Assembly (NCBI GenBank): GCA_965153285.1
Contig: OZ229114.1
Reading direction: 5' to 3' (one strand)
Length of the DNA: 64,000 bases
DNA from: Podarcis tiliguerta
Lineage: Eukaryota
Shown here piece after piece: positions 24,568 to 35,929 of the stretch. Positions within the stretch are counted from its first letter, which is position 1, and every line of letters begins with the position of its first letter. The notes beneath the pieces are model-generated. The model did not search any database. It was not told the origin of the DNA and was given only the letters and a program-made list of their open reading frames with translations. A program made the position numbers and the translations under genes.

Positions 24568-24656
24568 GTGAGTGAGTCTGGTAACAAGAGTGGGAATCTT
24601 CATTATGGTGCCCACATCACACCAGGAGCAACATAGTTCTTTTAATATTTTTATAG

Positions 24657-24743
24657 GAATCCCATGGGAAGGACAGGCCTGAAGGGCCAAGGTATTCTTC
24701 GGTTCTTTGGACCAAATCACGGTCTTCACCCTGTTGTGACACG
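24657..24743 (+). CDS. TRPM2: TRPM2 exon ~28 (NUDT9-H)
   Basis: ttatag acceptor; [28 protein letters not shown](R) with the NUDT9 NPxGRTG..GPNH motif; gtgagt donor. Confidence 0.95.
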
Positions 24744-25576
24744 GTGAGTAGATAGGGTGCCATTTCTCATCCCTGTAAGTGTAGTCTTCTACTCTAAGTT
24801 GGTATGTCTGTGCTCAGGACTGTGTGAGAAACCACAAAATAAGCTATAAATGAAATGTTACCATGATTTCTACTTTGATTTCCAATAAAGGGCAGGAGCC
24901 TATTCTTACTCCTCAGTTCTTGGTTCCAATCAAGGGCAATTTCACCAGGTTCATTTTGAGAGCAGCAAGATGCATCCCCCCCCCCACTTCAGACTTGTAC
25001 TCATCCACAAGCAGTCTGCTTTTCACAAGTTAATACTGTAAAGTGCCCTGCCTATTTTCAGAGCACTTTTGAGCCTTAGCTGATAAATACAGCGCCTTTG
25101 CAGGAGTAAGTGCTGTATCCATGACAACAACAGGCCAGGAAAAGAAACATGGATGTCCCTAGCCTGAAAACTGACTGATGCAGGTCATGTGGGCTGCAGA
25201 TAGCTTCCTTGCTTCAGAAGACACTTTCTTGCTTCCAGAAAGCAGCGTTTTGTCCTTGTGTCCGGGAACTATGTCAAAGAAATTGTATTTGAAGCTGAGA
25301 ACACTTCACAGGCACCAGAGAAGTCCATCACAGTAGCTGTGGTGCAGAGACTTCTCACTATCATTTTTCAAGATGCATGTATACAAAGAATGATAGCTAT
25401 ATCCTGTCTTTTTTCCATTACACAATTCAAGGCAGCATATGTTGGGTTCCCATGTGGTCTTCCATCCAGACAGTGTCCAGTCCCAGATCTGCATAGCTGC
25501 CTCAAAGTCATTGTATCAAGTATCTTCAAAACCATGGGATAATACTCTGTAACATCTTTCTCTATGGTGTTTGTAG

Positions 25577-25682
25577 CTGGAGGAGGAATGTGGATGGATC
25601 CATTTATAGAAAAAGCTTAAAGAAAATGCTGGAAGTCTTAATAGTAAAATTCCCCTTTTCGGATCATTGGGCTTTGCCTGGG
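25577..25682 (+). CDS. TRPM2: TRPM2 exon ~29 (NUDT9-H)
   Basis: ttgtag acceptor; WRRNVDGSIYRKSLKKMLEVLIVKFPFSDHWALPG; gtaagt donor. Confidence 0.95.
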
Positions 25683-26172
25683 GTAAGTAGTTATATTTCT
25701 TCACATCTAGCCCATATCTGAAGAAGGGAGGTGTATGCCAAGGTTTTAATAAAGTCAGAGTGATAAATTACATGAGCTGTTAAACCCCTGCATTCCAGGG
25801 GTTCTTCCAGAGAAAATGCCAAACCTAAAAAGCCTTTCATAAAACAATAGGGCACTAAAAGTATGTTAAGCTGACCTTCTTTCTTAGCCTTGTGCCAGTG
25901 AGCTCCCACTGATTGTTGTGTTAGGTGTATCTTTTGTCTGATTGGTTCTTAAAAGTTCAAGCCAGACGTTCTAGCTTTCTTGTTTGAGTTTCCAAGATTT
26001 GACTGTAATACTCGTTCACTTGAAAGGCATACTTTGCTGCAATTCCAAGAAACGTTTGCCAGCTGGAAACCAGATAGAAACTCCTGCTTTCTTGGCCTAG
26101 TATCTTGGAACATACTTTGTGGAAAGCTTTAGCTGCTTCTTACATCAAGTAATGTTTTGATTTTTCTTCCAG

Positions 26173-26274
26173 GGATCTTTAGAGCCAGGGGAAGCTTTGC
26201 CACAGAAGTTGAAGCGGATCCTAAGACGGGAATTCTGGCCACAATTTCAGAAATTGCTGAATCAGGGTACAGAG
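26173..26274 (+). CDS. TRPM2: TRPM2 exon ~30 (degenerate Nudix box)
   Basis: ttccag acceptor; GSLEPGEALPQKLKRILRREFWPQFQKLLNQGTE; gtactt donor. Confidence 0.95.
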
Positions 26275-26978
26275 GTACTTTGAGCACCAGTGGGGCTTGA
26301 CAGAAACAAGGGCACTATCAGTGAACCCCTTCGCCCCACTCCCAAAATAATGTATGAGAAGATGGTGGGGAACCACATTCCATTAGGCTTTGGGGCATGA
26401 TGCACCAAATGGGCACATGACATAGTCTTAAATCAATAGTGTTTTAAAAATGCAGAGGAGGTTTCAGGCTCCAGACAATTCACCAGTACTTTGTAATTTC
26501 CTGTGGACAATCCTCTGGTCATACAATCCTCAACTGCTGCCTTAGATCACATCTGTGGGCTGGGGTGCTGAAGCAGAGTAGACTCTGTCATGCTTTCCCA
26601 TGAGCCCTTAACCCGAGATCCACACAGTGATTCCTCCCTACAAGGCCCAGTATGGAAAGCTGACACAGAGACATAGTGCGGAAGAGAAAGATGGAGGAAA
26701 CAAGTGGTAAGCTTGAATTGGTAGTTGTAGCTGTAGGAGTCTGATGAAATCTAATTGCTGTCTGGTACTAACCTTCCATCCTTGGGCACTTTGGTTGGCT
26801 AGTATTTTCTTTAATAAAGGAGCAAAGCCACCATGCCCTTGGAAAAGCTACTTTAATATCTACTCTTCACCTCAATCATTTGGAGAGATCTTTAGAACAT
26901 AACGATCACCAGTTTTAGGAAGAGTCCATACATTATGTATTCTCTTTTTCCATCTACCCTTCATTCACCTACTTCTAG

Positions 26979-27095
26979 GTATACAAAGGATACGTGGATG
27001 ACCCCAGGAACACAGACAATGCCTGGATAGAAACGGTGGCCATTAGTGTGCACTTTGAAGAGCATAATGATGTGGAGATGAAGCGTATGAATTCG
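26979..27095 (+). CDS. TRPM2: TRPM2 exon ~31 (NUDT9-H)
   Basis: ttctag acceptor; [39 protein letters not shown]; gtacat donor. Confidence 0.96.
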
Positions 27096-27723
27096 GTACA
27101 TGCCATAATGCAGCTTATTACCCTTATGCCACAAAATTCTCCTCTAGAGGTAGTGGGATGAAGGCCACAGGTTTTGCAGAAACCATGGCATGAAATCTTG
27201 CTGTGTAAGAAGAGGGAGAAAGGGCAGCTCCTTGAATCTTAAGCATCAGAATGGGCATGGTGCCAAGTGAAAATATTTGGGAAGCTTAAGAAAGACGATG
27301 CTGAGGGCATAGAAAAAGAAATGAATGGGCAGATATTGGAGAGGTGGTTCTCTGTGTGTGCATGTATGCGTCTGAGTGTGTGTGAGAGATAATTACCTAA
27401 TACTACTCTGTAATTAAAATATTGCATTGCAGTTCCTGAGGGCTGTAATCAGGAATATTCAGCACACCTTGGTGTAATCAGATGCAGGCACAGTGCTATA
27501 TATAGCACAAAGTAGAAAGTAGAAAGAAGTGGAGCAGGCCCCAAGAGTGCCTGTTTTGACTATTTCCCACAGGTTCTTTTAATACTCGGTAGACCCCTGT
27601 TAGTAGATGTATTGATGGTTCTGCGAGAATCTATCCATATCACTTGGACTGTGACTGTGGCTTGCGAGAGGCTGATAGGAAGCTGACAGTAACCTATATT
27701 CCTTTTGGGGTTTCTTTCTGCAG

Positions 27724-27849
27724 TTTCTCCAGGGCTGTGATCTGGAGGCGACCGTCCGGTGGCAGGTTGTGGATAAGAGAATCCCGCTTTATGTGAACCA
27801 CAAAGAACTCCTGCAGAAAGCATGTGTCCTCCTGGGGGCATACTACTGA
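27724..27849 (+). CDS. TRPM2: TRPM2 last coding exon (~32)
   Basis: ctgcag acceptor; FLQGCDLEATVRWQVVDKRIPLYVNHKELLQKACVLLGAYY then TGA (27847-27849). Confidence 0.95.
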   Translation, partial: FLQGCDLEATVRWQVVDKRIPLYVNHKELLQKACVLLGAYY

Positions 27850-29402
27850 GGACACAGGACCATCACCCTTAGTCTTCCTCCCATTTCTCTCTCAGCTCTT
27901 TAAAAATGCAGCCAAACCTGGCTGACATCTTTCCCTCTGGTGATTTTCTTTGTGCATTTTCTTTTTCCTGTGTGCAGAATAACACTTCAGCTGACCCTCA
28001 CAAAACGACTGTAGAAAGCAATGTAATCTTGGCCCTTGAATAACAGTTAGTATTTGCCCATAGAAGGAAAAGGGGCAGAGCATTCTTTTGTTGTTCTTCC
28101 TGGAGCAGGGCTGCTGGGGCACTGGATTTCCTTTTCAGCTCTTCCATTGGCTAACAATGTATCTTTTGTGTTTGGATTTTCACATTTTGAAATATGGCAA
28201 CCTTAGCTTGAAGAGTTACTGAAAGAATGTGGCCACAATCTATGCCACAGCATGGTAATTAATATTAGTAACAATTTCTTGCTGTAATAGTAAACTCTGG
28301 ATTTAGCCTCAGGTAAAAAAAGGAAAATGTTCCCCACATATCATAAGCTTAGCTTGTGTTACGCATTCAATAAATTTCCATTTGTGTAATTTAAATCATG
28401 TAAAAGTTACTTGAAACATTACTACACAGTGAACTATGGCCAGAGATACTAATTCCCAGTAATCTGTTCTATTAGTGTTCTGATACACTCTGAATTCTTC
28501 TTCAACAACACTACAAACCTCATTTGTTTCAATGGAGGTAATTTGCACAGACAAATCCTTTTTGTTTGCCCTCTCTTTTGGCAATGCATAAGTGACTAGA
28601 TGGTCCCTGCTCACAAGTACTCATTACACAGAAACAACATTTTACAAAGAGTATTCCCATGAGCATTTTCACAATTCCAAATGGTGCTGGTCTAATCCTT
28701 CTTTGTAAGATACCACTAATCCATTATGTGTAAAATTAATTAGAAGAAACTGCTTCAAATGCCATTACTGAAATGTTTTTGCTTCTGAATTTTCTCTGGA
28801 CTGTAGTGCTCCTACTCCACATTCTTCCTCATACTCACCTTAATATTGGGGCATCTTGATATTTCATGTTAGTCCAATGGTGCTAATGTTAATGGATTCT
28901 ATGCTTATGCCTCACATTGGTCTGCTGCTGCTTAATAAAAAGCTGTGCTTTCGCCAAGTGTTGATATATCCATGCCAGAGATTCCATTAATGCTGCTGCT
29001 TTTTATTTATAGGTGGGAAGATTGTATAATACACTGTCAAGACTGCAGCTAGTTTTTCCTCAATAGCTTTACTCTCTCTGTTAATCTGTTGCAAAGTAGT
29101 TTGATCTCCCATTCATTTGCAGATTTCTTGTTTTATGTAGAAATATTCTAAAAGCCTGAGACAAATCTGGGAAGGTTCATGAAAGAGACAGAACTTGAAG
29201 ACATGTTTTTAATAGAATTGTATTGATGGGCTGGTCCCAGAGAATATGAAACGTGAATATGTTGTGACCAAATGATATAATTTTAGCAGTGAGACCACTA
29301 TGGACACACATCTGGAGGATTCAGATAACCTACTGTGCATGTCCCCCTCCATAGTATACCCCACATCAAGCTCAGAGTAATCCTGTTTTGGTTTTCAATA
29401 AA
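27850..29402 (+). other. TRPM2: TRPM2 3' UTR region with candidate polyadenylation signals
   Basis: AATAAA at 28369, 28934 and 29397; which one is used cannot be told from sequence. Confidence 0.5.
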
Positions 29403-29858
29403 AGCCTTATTTGCACAGGCTGATTTATTACTACTGACTGGCTCACGCAAATAACAAAGCCATTCCTCCCATCTTAAAGTGCTTTTTTAATAGTAAAGTG
29501 CTTACCAACTTTAAAGTTTTAAACAAATTTGAAATAAACCAAGTGGTTGAAAACTACAAGACAAACAGGTGCTTGAAAAACCATCAGCATTCAGTTTGGA
29601 GCTATGTATGCATGTCCTTTAAGGTGGCAGTTGGGAGAAGAGGTCACTCTACAGCAGAAACACTTGTGCACAGGAATGGGTAAGTGCATTCAGCCTAAAA
29701 TTACACCTTTGATTGCACTCATTTTTTTTCTTAGAATTTTTTTTCCAGGCTTCAAAGGCCCAATTTAAAATTGAGTCCATGAGACATGTGCGTAGCTGGG
29801 GGAGGGGTGCAGCTGCCCCCCTAAAATCAAGTAAATTATTTATTTCTACTTTTAGTTA

Positions 29859-30090
29859 CAGTGGTACCTCGGGTTACATACGCTTCAGGTTGCATACGCT
29901 TCAGGTTACAGACTCCACTAACCCAGAAATAGTGCTTCAGGTTAAGAACTTTGCTTCAGGATAAGAACAGAAATCGTGCTCCAGCGGCGCGGTGGCCCAA
30001 TTGGCTAAAGTGGTGCTTCAGGTTAAGAACAGTTTCAGGTTAAGAATGGACCTCCAGAACTAATTAAGTACTTAACCTGAGGTACCACTG
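29859..30090 (+). mobile_element. Tigger/pogo-type MITE (family A, copy 2)
   Basis: TA-CAGTGGTACCTC...GAGGTACCACTG-TA; internal duplication of catacgcttcaggtt. Confidence 0.88.
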
Positions 30091-30839
30091 TATTTTAATC
30101 AGAATATTTGAAATTGAAATGCTTGCTGAGGTGACTTGGATGATGATGTGGTGCATTCTAGTGATAAGTGATACACATGGCTTTTATGAACTGACCAATT
30201 GTGTTGCAGGTAGCTCAGTTCTGGAACAAGACATGTCTGTGTTCTGCCCCCCCCCCCCCAAATCCTGGTTACACCTATGCCATAAGATGGGTTTAAGTGT
30301 GTGAACATACGAAGACTCTTGCAAAAAGCACTCTGAAGGCCTATCTAATACAACATCCTGGCCTCACGAAAGCCAACAAGTTGCCTATGGGAAGCTCAAA
30401 AGTATGACCAGAGTGCCAAAGGGCTCTCCTCCCTTGTAGATTTTAGGCAACAACATTTTAACACCTGTGACCAGTGAATAGTTCGGTAGTGTTGCAATGT
30501 TGAAAATGGACAAACAAAAGCAGTATACAAATACAATTTTGATACTGAATCAAATCTACAGCTTTCAAATCAAATCTACAGCTTTCAAATAGTGCAGTTT
30601 TGAAAATGACAACTGGTCTGGTATACTGCACACTGCATATTTTTAAGTGAGATCCAGAAATATTGTGTGATGTGGCAGCTATACAGCAAAGGGCCTCTGA
30701 ACAGGAGCCTACTGACCATACTGACCTCTCAGCCCATCTAAAAAGGCTTAACTGCAGTATACAGAATGAGAAGTCCTTCCAGGCCTCAGGCGCCAGACAG
30801 TTTCCATAAAGGCTTTTCCCTCTCAAAATTCCCTACACA

Positions 30840-32160
30840 TCCGAACACACGTGTGTGGATCCCTTCCCGCCGCGGACTTGCAACCAAAATTCTATTACGT
30901 AGAATGGTAGTAAGTGCCTATAAATTACTGTACGGCCTTTTAAGTCTTTGGGCCAGGCAAACGGGGCTCGCGCCCTACGGCGTTTGTCGTCGACCTTTCC
31001 CTGGTGTCGGGAGGCGCGCCTGCAAACACATGCCGGGTATGCATGTGCCACGTGCGCGCAGACGCGAGATCCCCATCCCATGCCACTGTTTCTCAACACA
31101 AGGACTGAAATGCAACTTCACAGATGGCATTTTAGTAGCTAATAAAAGCGGCGTTCGGAGCGAGACCCAAGCCGGCGGCTCGACAGCAGACGCAACCAGG
31201 ACTGGCGGCTTTCTCTGGCCTCCCCGGATCTGCTTTCCAAATGCGTAAAAGCGCAATATGGCTGTGAGCGCGAGGCAAGGCGAGCCTTCCTTCTGCCTGA
31301 GCGGCAGCTGCCCCTTTAAAAAATCCAAGGATGCCCCCCTCCAGGCTGTCGGTGACAAGCAGGCGCTATCCAATTACAGCCGGCAGCCCCCATGAACGGC
31401 TTTGTGTGCGACTGGGAGGAAGGCGAGAGGATGGCAGCAACAAGTCCTGCGCGCAAGCGGGCTGCAAGTCCTCGCCGCGGTGCCGCCGCCGCCGCCGCCT
31501 CGGGCTGCGCCCGCCCCCTCGACTAAGGGCGTGGCCAGGAGAGCGGCGCTGCGCTGGTGGCGCGGGAGAAACTTGGCACAGTCGCGTCCGGTGGGCTCCA
31601 GTGACCTCAGCTCAGGTAACGCGCCTGCACGCCATCCTCAGGTTGGGGAAGGGAGGGAGGGGTGCGCCGGGGAGGGCCAGCCTGTAATTTTAACGGGGAC
31701 GGAACTGCAGGATGGATGGGATCCATAGCGATCTAAGTTAAAGCACTGTTGGCGAGGCTCTCGGAGCCCTGCAAAGCGGGATTCCGAGATCCGAGCTGCT
31801 TTTGCACTGCGGGCATCGTGCTCGGAAGTCTGAGAAGCGCCGTGTGGGCGGATGCTGCAGCGAGATCTTTAGTGTCATATTCACATCGCCTGGAGGGAAA
31901 GGCGAGATCAGCCTCTTTCCCTGCTGGGCTTACAGCAGGGATGGCCAAACCTCTGGGCGTTATGACTCATGTACCTTTAATAGTTGTGGGGAAAGCAGCA
32001 GATGCCTCTTGTCATGTCACGGCGCTTGCCCAGCTTGGAAAAGCTGCGCCTGTCAGAATTCCCTCGACGACGCATCTATTAAAGGGAAAGGAACGCCGCC
32101 GCTGAAAACGGTCCTAGGTAGGACAAGGGAGGGGGGAAGCAGCGGGATTCTCCCGGAGAT
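30840..32160. promoter_or_regulatory. CpG island / LRRC3 promoter
   Basis: Sharp rise in GC and CpG content; GC box (CCCGCCCC ~31510), TGCGCGCA NRF1-like motifs (~31033, ~31448), CACGTG E-box (~31028), (GCC)n tract ~31482-31499. Confidence 0.85.
31440..31615 (+). other. LRRC3: Probable non-coding first exon of LRRC3 (5' end approximate)
   Basis: Strong donor CAG|GTAACG at 31615/31616 inside the CpG island; matching acceptor cctttgcctttgcag at 35115 just upstream of the CDS. Confidence 0.55.
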
Positions 32161-35143
32161 AGAGGGGATTTCTCCTCTATCATCATCACCATCGTCATCA
32201 TCACTACAGTCAAAGACTGAGACCCATAACAGGATACATACAGCTGGTCATCAACACCCTATAATGCCCTGATGTTCAAATGCAAAATAACTTCAATTTT
32301 CTAGCTCCCAGCTGGCCACTAGCAGGGCATATTTATACTACAGACTTAAGCTGTAGTGTAGCAGTCCTAGTCATTTCCTTTCCTCAGGGAACTCTGGGGA
32401 TTGTAGTTCTATGAGTGAAGGTTTAGAGATGTCATAGAATTGTAAGTACCCTTCCCCAGACTATGGTTCCCATCCATCATAGTTAAGCTTGTATAAAACT
32501 GATACAAATTTGTGGTGTAGAATGGGCTATGAGTGGCGTAGGTTGAGGCATGGATTGATAAATGCAACAGCAACAATAATGGCCATCAGTTATGCAGTTT
32601 TCAGTGTCTTGATTTTTTAAAAAATTGGGGTCATTTTATCAACAGCCATACGAAGTTGGTAATATATTCTGAACATGATTCAAATAAATATTTGAGTGTT
32701 ATGCACAAATGCATGTGACGAACCTGATAGACCTGGTTTCATTGAGGAAAAAATACTTCTGAAGGGTACGCTTTTTAAAGCAGAGGTGTGGTAGGGCTTA
32801 AGGGAGTGCCTAACCCCTTTAAGACTCATCACTTCTCCACTCCACATTGCCCTCCACAGCTGCTTTTCCCTCTGCAGAGGGTACACATTTTATTTATTTT
32901 AATGTATTTTAAAGTACTTTTATATTGCTTACTATTATTAAGAAAATCTCAAAGCAGTTCACAATGTAAAATATGTTCAGGAATGGGTGGGGTGATGCTG
33001 TCACTTACCTGAATGGGACAAGACAGTGGTAAGGTTGAAACACTGCCCCCTTGCCGCCACACTTGGCAGTGTTGCTGCTGCTCAGAGGGTGACTGGCACC
33101 ACAGCACTGGTTGCTCCTGCATACATTAAAACGATTTTGAAAAATACAAATATCAGAAAAATATATGATTGCAGAATCTAGCATTAATTATTGGGAAAAC
33201 CTTTGATTAAATGGATGTGACAGAAGCATGCTGTTGTTAATACCTCTCTGATAACAGGGGAGAAGGCCCATTTCCTTCTTGCCACCTGTGGAGGAAAGGA
33301 GGGCAGGGCATTTCCTTACTCAATCTATAATAACAAAACCCATCTCTCATTCCATTGTTGCTCATTCAGTCTCGCTTACTTTGTCTGAACCCTTAACTTA
33401 CCAGTAACCCAGTAAGGTTGGGGGATAGGCATGGTACAAAGCTAGTAATAGACAGATATTACATTTAACGAAGGTACTTTACCTTAATGACCTACAAGAT
33501 TATAAGGTGCACAAGTTTAGCTGGTTACTTTAAAATAGTGCTGTAGTATACGCTTTGTTGTTACTGTCAGTTTAAATATCAACAGCTTATATCCAACTAT
33601 AATGTTAAGGGAAGACAGCTTTAAGGAAGTAACTGCTTCCCTATAAAAATCTTTTGCCAAATTGCCCTTCTGTTCTCTCCACCCAAGTTAATCCCCACCA
33701 ACACTGTAGTGGAGGACTTTTTCCAATCCTTTTTTCTGACCTGTGTAAGTACTGGTTTGTCTTGCTGTCCTGCCGTCAGAATCTTCCCTCACTACTCCTG
33801 CCAGTCACCAGAGTCCAGCATTTCAAACTGCTTCTTCCTTCTCCCTTCAGTGCTGCCGGCAGGTTCTCCCCTTTTCTATTCACCCTAAGCCAAATGCTTC
33901 CGCTGTCCTTCAGCCACCAAGCCGCTCTACCTGCCTCTCAGGTCTTCCTTCCTCTTATCCATCCTCTTCCTCTGGTTTTGTCTCTTCCTTTTGGCTGACT
34001 CCACAGACACCATGCACCTCCAGCCGTCTCCGGCCAACTAACTAACCACTGACCAGCAGCCGACCTTATATGCGCTTCTTCTGGCCTTTCCATTCCAGTC
34101 CCAGCCAATCACACTGTTTAACTGAAAGTTCTAAACCTGCACCCACCAATCAAAATGTGCATATATTCAACCCTTTATTTGCATACTGGGAATTCTAATA
34201 CCAATCTTTCTTCATAGGTGTCAGTTAAGGCCCCGAGCGACAGTTAAACTAACTGCCACACAGAAAATTCCTCACATAAAAAAACATTACAATGGACAAT
34301 ACAATACAGATGTCAGAACACATTGCATTGCAGCCAGTAAAATGTAATTCAAATGTAAAACAGGATTTATTCACGTGTCTCCTGCCCTTTCTAAATGGAA
34401 GAACACCAATATCTAGATTATCTTTAAAGTCCTCTTCAGCTATGATCCAAAACCAGTTAAGCACCCCTGCCTCCTGCTTCCACTGTTGGTGCCAGACCTG
34501 TGTTTGTACTCATCTCAGCCAATGTGGCTTTGGGAGCATGTATTTGCCAAGGCCATATGGGCTAACTTCTGCCATCATTTGTTTGTGTGTCCCCCACCCA
34601 TGTCCATGGTTCCAGCAAAGGAAGGAAGGCTGGCTGGCTGTCAGGCCTTCGTAACATGCATTTGTAACATGTCCTCAAACTTTGTAGGACAGCAGGTGCT
34701 TGGTCGGCTGTCTTAGACTGAACCGGAGAATCACGAATCCTAGAAAAACCTCTTCATATTGTCTTCCCCATGGTGATCAATGCCAGATTACCAAATAGGC
34801 AGAGTAAGCACCATCTTATGGGCCCTAAAACAATGGGTCAAAATAATATTGATTTGATGTTGAAAGAAAATTACAATCAAGCTTTCTTAGTTCAAAGTGA
34901 GGGCCTCCCCCCGCCCCCCGAGATTTCCACTGCCTAGGGGCCTCCACAGGGTTTAATCCAGCACTCATTTGGGTTGCTTACCCACCTCTGGAAGACAAGA
35001 GGAATGAATGAGGAGCAGATGGCTGGGCTGGACCTGTGTCTCTGCAGATAGCTGTGTGATGGTAGGAATTCTTAGTTTAAAAGATTTTGAGAGAGCCTTG
35101 CCTTTGCCTTTGCAGCCATGCAGGACTGCACACTCCTGATTGG

Positions 35144-35929
35144 ATGACCAGCATGTTTCTAGCAGCTGAAGCATCTCGGCCTGCGCTGTTGTTCTGGTCT
35201 CAAGCCCTCTTCTGCCTCCTCTTCTGCGCCCCTTCCGGTTGTTGTACCTCCTGCCCCGACCAGTGCCAGTGCACCAACTACTCGGGAGCCACAGCTGTTC
35301 TGTGCAGTGCTAGCAACCTAGATGAAATTCCAAAAGATATTCCCAAGGACACCATGTTTTTGAAACTGGATGCCAATAAGATCACCTCTGTCCCTAACAG
35401 CACATTCAGGCACCTCGCCCACTTGCAGGAGATAGACCTCTCCAAAAATGCCATTGAGAAGATTGATTCTGCAGCGTTCAAAGGGGTTGCCGATGGCCTG
35501 CGGCTGCTTGACCTCTCTGGCAACCACATCCAGAGGATCCCAAAGGAAGCCCTGGTCAACTTAAATGCCATGATCCGCCTGTCCAATAACCCCTGGCACT
35601 GTGAATGTACTCTGCAGGAAGTCTTGTGGGAAGTGAAACTAGACCCTGATTCAGTCAACGAGATCACCTGCCAGACATCTGTGCAAGAGGAGTACGCTGG
35701 GAAACCCCTGCTCCATATCCTCGATTCCGGCATCAACTTTTGCAACATGCACCAGAAAACCACGGATGTCGCCATGTTTGTTACCATGTTCAGCTGGTTT
35801 ACTTTAGTCATCAGCTATGTGGTGTACTATGTTCGGCACAACCAAGAGGACACAAAGAAGCACCTGGAATATCTGAAATCCCTGCCTAGCACAAGGGTCC
35901 CTAAAGAGACCATCAGCACTATCCTGTAG
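35144..35929 (+). CDS. LRRC3: Leucine-rich repeat-containing protein 3 (single coding exon; signal peptide, LRRNT, LRRs, LRRCT, TM)
   Basis: CPDQCQC LRRNT, LxLxxNxI repeats, LSNNPWHCEC LRRCT, KTTDVAMFVTMFSWFTLVISYVVYYVRHNQED..KHLEYLKSLPS and C-terminal TISTIL typical of the LRRC3 family; syntenic position between TRPM2 and TSPEAR. First in-frame ATG after the acceptor is 35144 (alternative 35153). Confidence 0.93.
   Translation: MTSMFLAAEASRPALLFWSQALFCLLFCAPSGCCTSCPDQCQCTNYSGATAVLCSASNLDEIPKDIPKDTMFLKLDANKITSVPNSTFRHLAHLQEIDLSKNAIEKIDSAAFKGVADGLRLLDLSGNHIQRIPKEALVNLNAMIRLSNNPWHCECTLQEVLWEVKLDPDSVNEITCQTSVQEEYAGKPLLHILDSGINFCNMHQKTTDVAMFVTMFSWFTLVISYVVYYVRHNQEDTKKHLEYLKSLPSTRVPKETISTIL

Noticed and set aside
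30766-32272. Several 100-160 aa ORFs in the CpG island
   Set aside because: They overlap on both strands, are Arg/Gly/Ala/Pro-rich and show no domains, as expected from stop-codon scarcity in GC-rich DNA.
35087-35143. N-terminal extension of LRRC3 in the ORF track (280 aa)
   Set aside because: It begins at a TTG upstream of the splice acceptor at 35115; the first in-frame ATG is 35144.
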